From Candidatus Brocadiia bacterium (GTDB taxonomy: Bacteria; Planctomycetota; Brocadiia; SM23-32): a stretch of DNA of 51,115 nt. The position numbers and the translations under genes were made by a program. Numbering within the stretch: the stretch's first letter is position 1; every line of letters begins with the position of its first letter. The notes under the pieces are model-generated. The model did not search any database, was not told the origin of the DNA, and saw only the letters and a list, made by a program, of their open reading frames with translations. The DNA is taken from assembly GCA_046538485.1 (NCBI GenBank), contig JBKHIT010000034.1, forward strand, positions 1 to 51,115, read 5' to 3'. Below, piece by piece: positions 15,378-25,334 of this stretch.

Positions 15378-17684
15378 TTAGTCGGCATAGCAGGCTCTCA
15401 GGGCCGCCTCAACTACATCGTCAGGTCCAGGCAGGAACGCATCTTCGAGCACTTTCGATTGCGGCGATATGGCGTCAGCCGAACCGATCCGTTCAATGGG
15501 GGCGTCGAGATAATCAAAGGCCTTTTCCTGAATTTGTGAAGCGATCTCGCCTGTATAGCTGCCTGTGCGGCAGGCCTGACTTGCCACGACGCAACTTCCG
15601 GTTTTTTGTATCGAAAGTATAATTCTTTCGGTATCCAGAGGGATAAGGGTCCGCGGGTCGATAATCTCCGCCTGGATTCCATATTCCTCGGCCAGAGTCT
15701 CGGCGACTTCACCCATAAAATCGGCAACAAAACCCCAGGCGACAATCGTTACGTCACTGCCTTCCCGACGCACCGCAGCTTTACCGAATGGGACAAGATG
15801 TTCGTCTTTCGGAACCTCACCCTTTTTATTGTAAAGCTGCTGGGATTCGACAAACATGACCGGATTGTCATCGCGGATAGCCGTCTTAAGAAGTCCTTTG
15901 GCATCGGACGGTGTGGATGGGTAGGCTACCAGAAGACCCGGTGTGTGGGTTGAATGGGATTCGAGAGCCTGTGAATGTTGTCCGCCGTAGCCTTTCCCGG
16001 CGCCGGTGGAGGTTCGAATGACCATCGGAACGTTATTCCGTCCGCCGCTCATGTAATGCCATTTTGCGGCTTGATTGTAGATTTGGTCGCCGGCCATGAA
16101 TTCAAAATCGCTATACATTAACTCAACAATGGGGCGCAGCCCTGTCATGGCCGCTCCTACGCCAGTGCCGATAATAGCCGCCTCGCTAATGCTGGCGTTG
16201 AATATGCGTTTGCGGCCCAGCGCCTCGACGAGACCTTTGGTGACTTTGAAGGCGCCGCCGTAATCGGCAACATCTTCCCCGTAGAGAATGACCCGTTCAT
16301 CGCGTAACATCTCTTCGATCATAGCTTCGCGGAGCGCCTCACGCATGGTCATAACGCCATCTTCGCGCTCAGGGTAGGGCGGTTCGTCCAGCGTCTCGAC
16401 TTTGCTGAATTTCTCGGGGACGTCGTCAGATCGGGTGTCGGCAAAGACGTATTTAGTGACTTCGTCAGCCGGAGGGTCTTCGGCTTTGGCCGCACGAATT
16501 GCGGATTCTTCATGGCGTTTTTGGACTTCTGCCTCGAGTTCGTCAACTTGGTCCTCGGAGGCCACGCCGGCGTCGAGTATCTGTTTTTTGAAGTTTTCAA
16601 CCGGGTCGATTTCCTTCCAGGCCTTTTCTTCTTCTTTCTGGCGATATTCGGTTCGCGGGTCACTTAGCGAATGGCCCTGGTAGCGATAGCAGATCAATTC
16701 TCGCAGAATGGGGCCTTTCCCTTCTCGTGCAAGTTCTGCGGCTTCGGTGATTGAATTGCGGACAGCAAGCACGTCCATACCGTTGACAACTTCGGCGTGC
16801 ATAACTTGCGGGTGGAAAGCGGCCGCGCGTCGGGCAAGATAATCAATACCGGAAACTTCACCACGTTGCTGCCCGGTCATGCCGTACTGATTGTTGACAA
16901 TAGCGAAGATTGTGGGAACTCCGAATGGATTCTCGGCCAGTTCGTTCGTGAACTGGGCCATACTCGCCATGTTCAGTGATTCAAGCACAACTCCATTGGC
17001 ATAGGCACCGTCTCCGGCAAAGCACAGAACGACTTTCTCGTTTTCAAGGAATCGGCAGGTGTACCCGGCACCGGTCGCAATGGGGGTGGAGCCACCAACG
17101 ATGGCATTGGCGCCGAGGTGCCCGCTCGTAAAATCGGCGATATGCATACCACCGCCACGGCCGCGGCAATATCCGTCGTCCTTACCGAAAAGTTCCGCAA
17201 TCGTGCGGTATATGTGCTCGAATTTCGCTTTATCTCGGAGTTCCTGGCCTTCCAGTGATTCGGCCTCTTCAGAGCCCAACCACTCACGAATTTCCTCATC
17301 CGAGCGAGCCGAAATAGCGGCGTAACCCTTGGCGATACCATCTCCATGGCCGCGGTGGGTGCTGGTAATGTAGTCTGCGTAGTCAATAGCCGAGCAGGAA
17401 CCGACGCTGGTAGCTTCCTGGCCAATCGAGAGGTGTGTGGGGCCACGGTACTGAAAATTCATCTTCCGCAGGGGTTCGAACGATTGCATCCGAAGGGCAA
17501 GAATCATCTGTTCGAAAGCCCGGATGCTGAACATCCATTCCAGCAACTCAAGGGCTTCTTCGCCTGTGATAGTTTCGTTTTCCAACTCATCTTCGAGGGA
17601 CTCTTGATATTGGAAGATGGGGATTTTGGGGAAATCAAGTTCATCCGGCTTAAATTCGGGGTAGACATTGATCTTGCGAACCAC
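15378..17684 (-). CDS. Fused E1 alpha/beta ThDP-dependent 2-oxoacid (pyruvate/acetoin) dehydrogenase
   Basis: HLSIGQEA, THRGHG, GRGGGMH, GDGA..NN, YRYQGHSLSD (alpha); GEDV, ISEAAIIG, QHSQ, IDPRTLIPLD, FDYLDAPIERI (beta). Confidence 0.92.
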   Translation of the reverse strand: MVRKINVYPEFKPDELDFPKIPIFQYQESLEDELENETITGEEALELLEWMFSIRAFEQMILALRMQSFEPLRKMNFQYRGPTHLSIGQEATSVGSCSAIDYADYITSTHRGHGDGIAKGYAAISARSDEEIREWLGSEEAESLEGQELRDKAKFEHIYRTIAELFGKDDGYCRGRGGGMHIADFTSGHLGANAIVGGSTPIATGAGYTCRFLENEKVVLCFAGDGAYANGVVLESLNMASMAQFTNELAENPFGVPTIFAIVNNQYGMTGQQRGEVSGIDYLARRAAAFHPQVMHAEVVNGMDVLAVRNSITEAAELAREGKGPILRELICYRYQGHSLSDPRTEYRQKEEEKAWKEIDPVENFKKQILDAGVASEDQVDELEAEVQKRHEESAIRAAKAEDPPADEVTKYVFADTRSDDVPEKFSKVETLDEPPYPEREDGVMTMREALREAMIEEMLRDERVILYGEDVADYGGAFKVTKGLVEALGRKRIFNASISEAAIIGTGVGAAMTGLRPIVELMYSDFEFMAGDQIYNQAAKWHYMSGGRNNVPMVIRTSTGAGKGYGGQHSQALESHSTHTPGLLVAYPSTPSDAKGLLKTAIRDDNPVMFVESQQLYNKKGEVPKDEHLVPFGKAAVRREGSDVTIVAWGFVADFMGEVAETLAEEYGIQAEIIDPRTLIPLDTERIILSIQKTGSCVVASQACRTGSYTGEIASQIQEKAFDYLDAPIERIGSADAISPQSKVLEDAFLPGPDDVVEAALRACYAD

Positions 17685-17791
17685 TTTTTGTCTCCTCTGA
17701 GAAACATGCAGGCTAAACGCAACAGACGGGTTTCATTTCGGGGGAAACAACCGAAGTCTGATCATTTTCTTCCCCCGAGAACAAGTGGTGA

Positions 17792-17820
17792 TTTATACAC
17801 AATGGACGTTTAAGTTGCAA
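17792..17820 (-). promoter_or_regulatory. sigma70-like promoter for the E1 gene
   Basis: Minus strand TTGCAA-17 bp-TATAAA. Confidence 0.45.
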
Positions 17821-18037
17821 CCGCGAAGCGTGGATAGCATTTTGAAGTCCGACCTGCGGCTGACAGCAGTTTTCACCCGAGATTTATACGTGGCAGATGC
17901 GCCCGTACTGCACCTGACCCGCTGAGCCGTTTGCCCTCATAAAAAACATTGGCACAGGTCTAAAGCGGTAGCCAGAAAAAGTTTTTACCCCAAAATCCGG
18001 CTTTCAGAGGCGTTCAGAAAATAATTTAGCCTCAGAA

Positions 18038-18514
18038 CCGTTCGCCCCCCGCGAGCGGACTGGACTTCAGCCGGAGGCTGGAGTTCAGAACGCGGTGCGA
18101 TTCGATACAACGACAGGGTCGCATGCAAGATGGCTACGCTACTATAACGACACACCCGCGCAGTGCCCGGCTATGAGGGGCCTGGCGTCTTCTGTATCAC
18201 AGGCATCGTGTGCCTTTAGCGTGCGTTACACTCGCTCATTCAGGTCCAAATGTCATTGCGAGGCGTGCCGCGCAGCGGGACGCCGCGGCATTCTCGCTGT
18301 TGAGCTGAAAAAACGACGAGATTGCTTCGCCCATCTTACGATGGACTCGCAATGACTCATGAAGCGGTGTTTCCGGGCTAAATACGTACATTCTGCCTGT
18401 CAGCGGCCCGACTGCGAGGAGAAAGGTTTTTTGTTCTCCCGTGCATTTCTGCAAGATTTGTCCGCCTCAAGTCCAGTTTCGCCCGCTGGTGGCGGGCTCA
18501 GCTGAACTCGAGTC
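18038..18514 (-). repeat. Bipartite repeat, modules B (18458-18514) and A (18038-18094), with nested REP
   Basis: Reverse complements of the modules at 589-788. Confidence 0.75.
18210..18390. repeat. GTCATTGCGAG...GCAATCTC family REP doublet
   Basis: TGTCATTGCGAGG..GCATTCTCGCTGTTG (18251-18302) faces GAGATTGCTTCG..CTCGCAATGAC (18318-18356); related to 36471-36568 and 46210-46290. Confidence 0.7.
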
Positions 18515-18717
18515 TGCGGGATACGCGGTCGAGAAGCGGGGTTGCAAAATTACAGAATGATTGACAGCAGACATCAGGTTTATATTCCAACAACCGTTAT
18601 CGACTTTTCCGAAGAAAACTTGTCCGTTTGCGCAGCCTTGCAAGCTGGAAACGGTACTGTATCATACTGGTTCTGTGTTCTATGAGCGAGGTTTTCTTCT
18701 TTGCGAAAGGCTGAACC

Positions 18718-19041
18718 ATGATCAGTTTCCAGGATTTCCAGGAAATGGAGCTTAAAGTCGGCAGAGTTATCAGCGTTGAGGATCATCCCGATGCCGATAA
18801 GCTTTTGATTCTGCGGGTAGATCTGGGTGAGGATGATCCACGGACACTCGTTGCAGGGCTTAAAGGGCACTACTCGGCAGAAGAACTCGAGGGGAAACTC
18901 ATCGTCGTGGTTTCGAATCTGGAACCGGCCCGATTGCGGGGAGTGGAAAGCAACGGCATGCTGCTGGCCGCGCAGGAAGATGAGAAGGTTGTTTTGCTGA
19001 CGCTTGACGAGCCGATCAAGCCAGGATCCGAGGTGCTGTGA
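18718..19041 (+). CDS. Stand-alone tRNA-binding OB-fold protein (MetG C-terminal / Trbp111 / CsaA-like)
   Basis: ISFQDF..LKVG, HPDADKLL..VDLG, RTLVAG, NLEPARLRGVESNGMLLAA. Confidence 0.9.
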   Translation: MISFQDFQEMELKVGRVISVEDHPDADKLLILRVDLGEDDPRTLVAGLKGHYSAEELEGKLIVVVSNLEPARLRGVESNGMLLAAQEDEKVVLLTLDEPIKPGSEVL

Positions 19042-19235
19042 GGGGGCATTTTCTTTTTGGCAGACAGCAAATTAATGGTTCTGCGGGAGTTGAGGCAGAT
19101 TCTGATCGGGGTTGAAATGTGCTGAGGTGGCCTCGCGTCGGTATATGGGGTTCTTTATGGCTGGAAAAGTTGCTGCCTGTTGTTAATGCGGCGAGCCTCT
19201 TTCTGGCGTTGGAATTCTTTCTAAAACAGCCGCAT

Positions 19236-21308
19236 TCATTTGAGCACAACCCCATCCGGATTCAGGCTAATGCCCCACGCCCGTCCGCTGGTCTTGAGCA
19301 CCGCGTGAATAGAATCGCCTTTTGCCTCGGGAATGCTTAGCCATCTGGATCGCTCGCTGCTGGTCGCAGGAGACAGTTCGAAAATGGTAGCGAAAATAGC
19401 CCGTCGGCCGGTGACGCGTCGGATGAGACAGGGCTCACGCTGGTTGATTCTGTAGCCGATCCCATACCCGGTGAAGAAGCGTTGCTTGCCCGTCGAACAA
19501 ACGACTAAAGGCAGTTGAAGATTCTTCTCGGCGGAAAAAATCCAGGAAGCTGAACTGAAAGCGTCAGTTTTAGGACGATGCCACCGTTTGATCTGGCTGA
19601 AATGCTGATAACCGTTTTTTGAACCGATTTGCGCCTCTTCCTTTCTCCAGTAAAATAGTCGCGGAGCAATTTTTGACGCTCTTGCGTGGGTGAACAAATC
19701 AATCTGCGTCTCCTCCGGTGTCTCAACCTGGAAAATATCAACCAGAACGGAAGGGGTGAGAAACAAGTAGCGTCGGAGCGTGCCGCCGGGGTAGGCGCCC
19801 GTCGATTCGGCAGCGCATGCCGCGTAATTTTCTTCCTTTTTCAGCCACAGGAGTCGTCCGGTCGTTGCTTTCTGTGTTTTGCCTCCGATGGTGACCGTGT
19901 TATGTGCGCAGGTGTGTTTGACCCACGTTTTGTATTCTTTGTGCCGGTAACTGAGGCGGCCGGGATCCAGCAACCACTCGCGTCCCATTGCATAAAGCGT
20001 AATGTTAAGTTTGTCGTAATGTCCATGTCCGCCGCCGTGAGGGCCGTAGTCAAAAAATATACAGTTGGCCTTTTGGCCCTGGCCGATTTCGAGTTTTACC
20101 AAGCCGGCATCCGGCAGATCCTTTGATCCTGTGGTCAGGGGCCACTGGAGTTCAGCGTCTTCTCCGAGAAGTTTGTGAACTTTTCTGGCATCGCCAGCCG
20201 CGTAGGCGCGCGCAAAAATCGGTTCCTGATAGGTTTCCCATGCCCATTTGAAATAACCATGAAATCCGCCAATGCTCATAGGATCACTGTCATTTATGGC
20301 CGGAAAACGTCCGTTAGGGTATGAAGCGACAATAGGCCCGCGGATCATGGCCTTAAATTTGGGGTGTTTGTGAAGAGGAAGGCCCATTTTCTGACCAGCT
20401 TCGACAATTTCCAGCATGGCCTGCAAGGCATAGCGGTGGTAGGCCATAGTGCCTTCAAACCACAAACCATCCTGTCCAACGCTACGATCGAGCTGATCGA
20501 AATAACCACCTTTCATTGTTAGAGTTTTGCGAACGAGCTCTTTATCTTCGAGAACGGAAGCAATGGCCATTAAACCGGCATTGTACCAGGTTTGGTGGTT
20601 GCTACGACCCTGATTGAAGACCAGAAGTGTCTCAGAGATGAGTCGAAACAAGTCTTCTTCGACGTGTTGCTTTTCCTTTTGGGACCAGACCGGGCATGTG
20701 CGGGTCAGGTCGTAGGCTTTCGCAAGTTTGATGACGCTGGTGGCTTCATCAAGGCTTTGAACGTAGCGGCGTCCCCCGAGCCGCGCCAGCATACCATGAT
20801 GTCCCCATCGGTCGATGCGTTCGGGATACGAGTCGTAACGGTCCGCCAGGCCGGTCAGAATGCGTTTAACCTCATGGGCGTACTTTTCCGTTCCCGAGTA
20901 GGCATAAGCCCACCCCAGACTCAGTGACGCTTTGTCCAACCGGGAATGCATGATTCCCCGATAGGCGGCAACGATTCTTTCGGTTGTATAAATTTTGCCA
21001 CATTTCGGGCATTTGTGTTTTTGGGGCGAAAGGGGCTTAAGGCGCGAACCATCTTCAGGACATGCGTAGTAGAAGTACCAGGAGCCGTATTTGTCAGGAA
21101 TGGAAAGGGGCGATTCAAGGTGCCTTTTGGCTTTACGGAGTGCGGCCTTTTTGATTTCTTCAAATTTGGGCGACTTTTTGGTTTGGGAGAGTTGCTCTCT
21201 TGTGGTGGCAAGTCGCGGGGGAGGAGGGAAGTCGGGCTCAATCTCCGCGTACACAGCGCCTGTCAGCAGAGAAAGCACACCGGTGATAAATAAAGCTACG
21301 CGTCTCAT
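19236..21308 (-). CDS. Secreted polysaccharide lyase (alginate lyase + heparinase II/III-like domains)
   Basis: Signal peptide; SNHQTW, DGLWFEGTMAYH.YAL, PAINDS, GGGHGHYDKL, DPG..Y, AHNTVTI. Confidence 0.85.
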   Translation of the reverse strand: MRRVALFITGVLSLLTGAVYAEIEPDFPPPPRLATTREQLSQTKKSPKFEEIKKAALRKAKRHLESPLSIPDKYGSWYFYYACPEDGSRLKPLSPQKHKCPKCGKIYTTERIVAAYRGIMHSRLDKASLSLGWAYAYSGTEKYAHEVKRILTGLADRYDSYPERIDRWGHHGMLARLGGRRYVQSLDEATSVIKLAKAYDLTRTCPVWSQKEKQHVEEDLFRLISETLLVFNQGRSNHQTWYNAGLMAIASVLEDKELVRKTLTMKGGYFDQLDRSVGQDGLWFEGTMAYHRYALQAMLEIVEAGQKMGLPLHKHPKFKAMIRGPIVASYPNGRFPAINDSDPMSIGGFHGYFKWAWETYQEPIFARAYAAGDARKVHKLLGEDAELQWPLTTGSKDLPDAGLVKLEIGQGQKANCIFFDYGPHGGGHGHYDKLNITLYAMGREWLLDPGRLSYRHKEYKTWVKHTCAHNTVTIGGKTQKATTGRLLWLKKEENYAACAAESTGAYPGGTLRRYLFLTPSVLVDIFQVETPEETQIDLFTHARASKIAPRLFYWRKEEAQIGSKNGYQHFSQIKRWHRPKTDAFSSASWIFSAEKNLQLPLVVCSTGKQRFFTGYGIGYRINQREPCLIRRVTGRRAIFATIFELSPATSSERSRWLSIPEAKGDSIHAVLKTSGRAWGISLNPDGVVLK

Positions 21309-21412
21309 CTCTCACTCAATTATAAGGAAACAATTACGTTTAAGCAGAGTTAACAGCGGCCTGATCGCAACTTGGCTACTTTGCGGCACAGGTTTTCCGT
21401 GGGGGAACACGG

Positions 21413-21733
21413 CTATTGCGCTGGGTTGCATTTGGGGCAGGGCTTGTAGCCAAGGGCTTTTACTTCGTCAAGAGGGCGCGGCACGGCGCCGAGTCCTTTG
21501 ATCATTGAGCATCCACGGCGGTGATAATATTCTCCTGTTCGGGTGACAAACACCTTTTTCGAACCGCGGATTGTATTGGTGGGTTCGGTATCAACATCCA
21601 TTTCTTCTCCGGCCTTCTGCCACAGCCCGGTGATTCTTTCTCGCACTTCGGGGACAAACACCACGGCGTATACGATGCCAGCAATCACGAGCACAACAAG
21701 AATTTTTCGAATCGGCACATAAACACGCGGCAT
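21413..21733 (-). CDS. Small membrane-anchored protein with a His/Cys metal-binding domain
   Basis: TM helix then VFVTRTGEYYH...C...GYKPCPKCNP. Confidence 0.75.
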   Translation of the reverse strand: MPRVYVPIRKILVVLVIAGIVYAVVFVPEVRERITGLWQKAGEEMDVDTEPTNTIRGSKKVFVTRTGEYYHRRGCSMIKGLGAVPRPLDEVKALGYKPCPKCNPAQ

Positions 21734-21757
21734 TTTCCGTCCCCCCTTCATTCGTTA

Positions 21758-23212
21758 TCAGGTAATTTTTTGCCTGGCTTCATCCAGGCGTTTGACGCAT
21801 TCATCTCTGCCCAGGATTTCCATGGTTTCAAAGAGAGGCGTGCTGACCCGACGGCAGGTTATCGCGACCCGCAAAGGCATGTAGAGCCATCCGCGTTTCC
21901 AGTCGTGTTCGTCACAGAGGTTCTGGAATGCCACTTCCAACGTTTCCGTATCCCAGGATCCCAGCTCCGAGAGTGTGACCGAGCAGGCCCGGAGGATTTC
22001 GGCCGCGAGACTGCCGTCTTGTTTCTTAGGAATCAAATCTTCAGAATCGTATTCTTCTGTATCGAAAAAGAATGCCGTCTTCTGGTCGAATTCGGACAGT
22101 TTTTCCATTCTCTCCTGCACAAGCGGTACGATATTCATGAGTTTGCCCACGGGTTCATCCGCGTGACACGTGTAGTCGCCCGCGAGAATCCTTTCCAATA
22201 GCTCGCGCGTTTGCAGCTCGCGAATATATTCCCCGTTGAGCCAGTCCAATTTTTCGAGATCGAAGACCGGTCCGCTTGTTTTCACCCGATCCCAGCTGAA
22301 TTTTTCGATCATTTCTTTAATCGAGAACTTTTCCCGATCTTCTTCGAGGGACCATCCCATGCGTGCGAGGAAATTCAGCAGCGCTTCGGGGAGGTAGCCT
22401 TCCTGACGATACCAGTCAAGTGATACAGGATTTTTCCGTTTGCTGATTTTTGATTTGTCTTTGTTGCGGAGAAGTGGAAGGTGGATGAAAACCGGTGGGT
22501 TCCAGGCGAAAGCTTCATAAAGAAGGATATGTTTAGGCGTGGAGCTGATCCATTCTTCGGCGCGTATGACATGTGAGATGCCCATGAGGTGGTCATCCAC
22601 GACGTTGGCAAGGTGGTAGGTGGGGAACCCGTCACTTTTAAGGAGAACCTGGTCGTCGATTTCATTGTTGGGGAAAGATATCTCTCCGCGAATGCGGTCT
22701 CCGAAAGATGTCTCGCCGTCTTCAGGGGCTTTCAGCCGGATGGTATACGGGATGTCAGCGTCGAGCTTTTGAGTGATTTCTTCTTCGCTCAGGTTTCGGC
22801 AGTGCCCATCGTAACCGAAGGATGTTTTCTCCTTTCTTTGTTGTTCGCGGAGTTCTGCGAGTCTCTCAGAAGTGCAGAAACAACGATATGCTTTGCTGTT
22901 CTCAAGGAGTTGGTGAGCGTGCTCGCGATAAAGTTCTGAGCGTTCACTCTGTCGATATGGTCCCGTGGGGCCGTCTTTATCGGGGCCTTCGTCCCATTCC
23001 AAACCGAGCCAGCGAAGGGCACGAATGATGGCCTCTTCGCTTTCTTTGGTTGAACGTTCGCGGTCGGTGTCTTCAATACGGAGCAAAAAATCACCGTTTT
23101 GCTGTCGGGCGAAAACGTAATTAAAAAGCGTTATGTACGCCGTTCCAACGTGCGGGGGGCCGGTTGGTGACGGGGCAGATCGGACGCGAACTCGGTCAGC
23201 ACTATCTGTCAT
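21758..23212 (-). CDS. gltX: Glutamate--tRNA ligase
   Basis: RSAPSPTG, HVGT (HIGH), RIEDTD, GPYRQSER, PTYHLANVVDDH, KISKR (KMSKS). Confidence 0.96.
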   Translation of the reverse strand: MTDSADRVRVRSAPSPTGPPHVGTAYITLFNYVFARQQNGDFLLRIEDTDRERSTKESEEAIIRALRWLGLEWDEGPDKDGPTGPYRQSERSELYREHAHQLLENSKAYRCFCTSERLAELREQQRKEKTSFGYDGHCRNLSEEEITQKLDADIPYTIRLKAPEDGETSFGDRIRGEISFPNNEIDDQVLLKSDGFPTYHLANVVDDHLMGISHVIRAEEWISSTPKHILLYEAFAWNPPVFIHLPLLRNKDKSKISKRKNPVSLDWYRQEGYLPEALLNFLARMGWSLEEDREKFSIKEMIEKFSWDRVKTSGPVFDLEKLDWLNGEYIRELQTRELLERILAGDYTCHADEPVGKLMNIVPLVQERMEKLSEFDQKTAFFFDTEEYDSEDLIPKKQDGSLAAEILRACSVTLSELGSWDTETLEVAFQNLCDEHDWKRGWLYMPLRVAITCRRVSTPLFETMEILGRDECVKRLDEARQKIT

Positions 23213-23263
23213 TGTAAACTCCAAAAATGGATGTTCTCTCGCTGGTCCCCTGGAATTAATGTA

Positions 23264-23292
23264 AATTTACCAGAACCACCCGCAGGCGTCAA
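23264..23292 (-). promoter_or_regulatory. sigma70 promoter for gltX
   Basis: Minus strand TTGACG-17 bp-TAAATT with TGn. Confidence 0.6.
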
Positions 23293-23382
23293 TACCGGTG
23301 GGAGCCTCATGCGGGAGGGACGCCAGAGACTTAAGGGCCATTAAAGGAACTGCGGGGGGTTTTTGAACAGAGGAGCGAACGT

Positions 23383-23411
23383 TTGACATGCGACCGAATG
23401 GCCCGTAGTAT
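23383..23411 (+). promoter_or_regulatory. sigma70 promoter for glnS
   Basis: TTGACA-17 bp-TAGTAT. Confidence 0.6.
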
Positions 23412-23489
23412 CAGGAATACTGGGGCGTATTATGTCCTCTTTTTTATCGACCTAATTCTTTGCCGATTCCCTGTTTAACCGAGCTTACC

Positions 23490-25217
23490 ATGAGCGCAAA
23501 AAATACGAATAACGACGCCGGATCTGATGAAGCACAATCGCTCGATTTCATCCGTGAGATAGTCGAAGAGGATCTGGAAAAGGGGAAATACGAGGGCCGC
23601 GTGCATACACGTTTCCCGCCCGAGCCGAACGCTTATCCCCATCTGGGACACGCCTATGCGGCATATTTCAACTACATGCTTGCACAGGATTATGATGGGC
23701 AATTTAACCTGCGTTTCGACGATACCAATCCGCTGACGGAAGAACAAAAATATGTTGAGGCGTTTATCGAGGATTTGCGCTGGCTCGGAATCGATTGGGA
23801 AGATCGCCTGTTTTTCGCCTCTGACTATTTTGGGCGGATGTACGATTGGGCCGTTCAGCTTGTCGAGCAGGGCGATGCCTATGTCGACAGTCTCAGCGCG
23901 GAAGAAATCAGCAAATATCGCGGAAGCTGGAATGAACCAGGCAAAGAAAGTCCTTACAGGGACCGATCGGTCGAGGAAAATCTGGACTTGCTGGAGTGCA
24001 TGAAAAACGGAGATTTGGAAGAAGGCGAGTGTGTTCTCCGGGCGAAGATCGATATGAGCCACGACAACCAAAATATGCGTGATCCGGTGATGTACCGGAT
24101 CATCCACGCGGAACACTATCGAACGGGGGATGAATGGTGTATCTATCCTACTTACGATTGGGCTCACGGGCTTGAAGACTCTATCGAAGGAATTACCCAC
24201 TCAATCTGCTCGATCGAGTTTGAGAATCACCGGCCTCTTTACAATTGGTTTCTTGAACATCTGGATATTTATCACCCCCAGCAGATAGAATTCGCCCGGT
24301 TCAATCTGTCCAATACCATCATGAGCAAGCGGAAGCTGCTCGAACTCGTGGATGAAGGCTATGTTGAAGGGCTGGACGATCCCCGTCTGCCGACGATAAG
24401 TGGTATGCGGCGGAGAGGTTACACTCCCGGGGCACTCCGCGAGTTCATCGGGAAAGTGGGTGTCTCGAAAACCCCCAGCACTGTCGAAATGGCCTTGCTT
24501 GAACACTGCCTGCGCCAGGATCTCAACCGCCGCTGCGAGCGGCGAATGGGGGTGCTCCGGCCCCTGAAAGTCGTGATTGAGAATTACCCCGAAAGCAAAG
24601 AGGAAGAGCTCGAGTTTATCAACAATCCCGAGGATGAAAGTGCCGGCACACGAATGGTCCCGTTTTCCCGCGAACTGTTTATCGAACGGGACGATTTCAT
24701 GGAAGAACCGGTCAAGAAGTTCTACCGGTTGGCTCCCGGACGCGAAGTGCGACTGCGCTACGCATATTTCCTGAAGTGTGAGGATGTGGTCAAAGACGAG
24801 AATGGGAACGTGATTGAACTGCGCTGCAGCTATGACCCCGAAACCCGCGGGGGGAGCGCCCCCGATGGGCGAAAGGTCAAGGCCACACTTCACTGGGTTT
24901 CGGCAAAGCACGCTTTGGATGCTACGGTTCGCGTGTACGAACGACTGTTGCTGGACGAAAATGCCGTGAGCGAAGATGCGGATTGGAAGGAACGTTTGAA
25001 TCCGAAATCACGCCACGATATGGGAAGCTGCAAAGTCGAACCAAGTCTGGCGGATGCGGAACCCGGCGCGCGTTTCCAGTTCGAACGCAAGGGTTATTAC
25101 TGTGTTGACCCGGCTAGCAGCGCTGAAGATCTGGTTTTTAATCAAACCGTTACCATGCGGGATCAGTGGCGCAAGATCCAGAAACGACGGAAACAGCAGA
25201 AAAAGCAGGGGGGATGA
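23490..25217 (+). CDS. glnS: Glutamine--tRNA ligase
   Basis: TRFPPEPN, HLGH, LRFDDTNP, YPTYDWAH, MSKRKL, DDPRLPT, HWVS, FQFERKGY. Confidence 0.96.
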   Translation: MSAKNTNNDAGSDEAQSLDFIREIVEEDLEKGKYEGRVHTRFPPEPNAYPHLGHAYAAYFNYMLAQDYDGQFNLRFDDTNPLTEEQKYVEAFIEDLRWLGIDWEDRLFFASDYFGRMYDWAVQLVEQGDAYVDSLSAEEISKYRGSWNEPGKESPYRDRSVEENLDLLECMKNGDLEEGECVLRAKIDMSHDNQNMRDPVMYRIIHAEHYRTGDEWCIYPTYDWAHGLEDSIEGITHSICSIEFENHRPLYNWFLEHLDIYHPQQIEFARFNLSNTIMSKRKLLELVDEGYVEGLDDPRLPTISGMRRRGYTPGALREFIGKVGVSKTPSTVEMALLEHCLRQDLNRRCERRMGVLRPLKVVIENYPESKEEELEFINNPEDESAGTRMVPFSRELFIERDDFMEEPVKKFYRLAPGREVRLRYAYFLKCEDVVKDENGNVIELRCSYDPETRGGSAPDGRKVKATLHWVSAKHALDATVRVYERLLLDENAVSEDADWKERLNPKSRHDMGSCKVEPSLADAEPGARFQFERKGYYCVDPASSAEDLVFNQTVTMRDQWRKIQKRRKQQKKQGG

Positions 25218-25334
25218 GGGACAAAAGGGACCCAAAGGACGTAAGAGACTTCTGGTGTGGGAATTTATGCTGGTGGTCCATTCCACTTGAAGCAAGAGAA
25301 GTATTTCATGCATTCTGGTGCAGGTTTTCTGGAT

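Noticed and set aside
17949..17966. sigma54 promoter (TTGGCAC)
   Set aside because: No TTGC -12 element at the required spacing.
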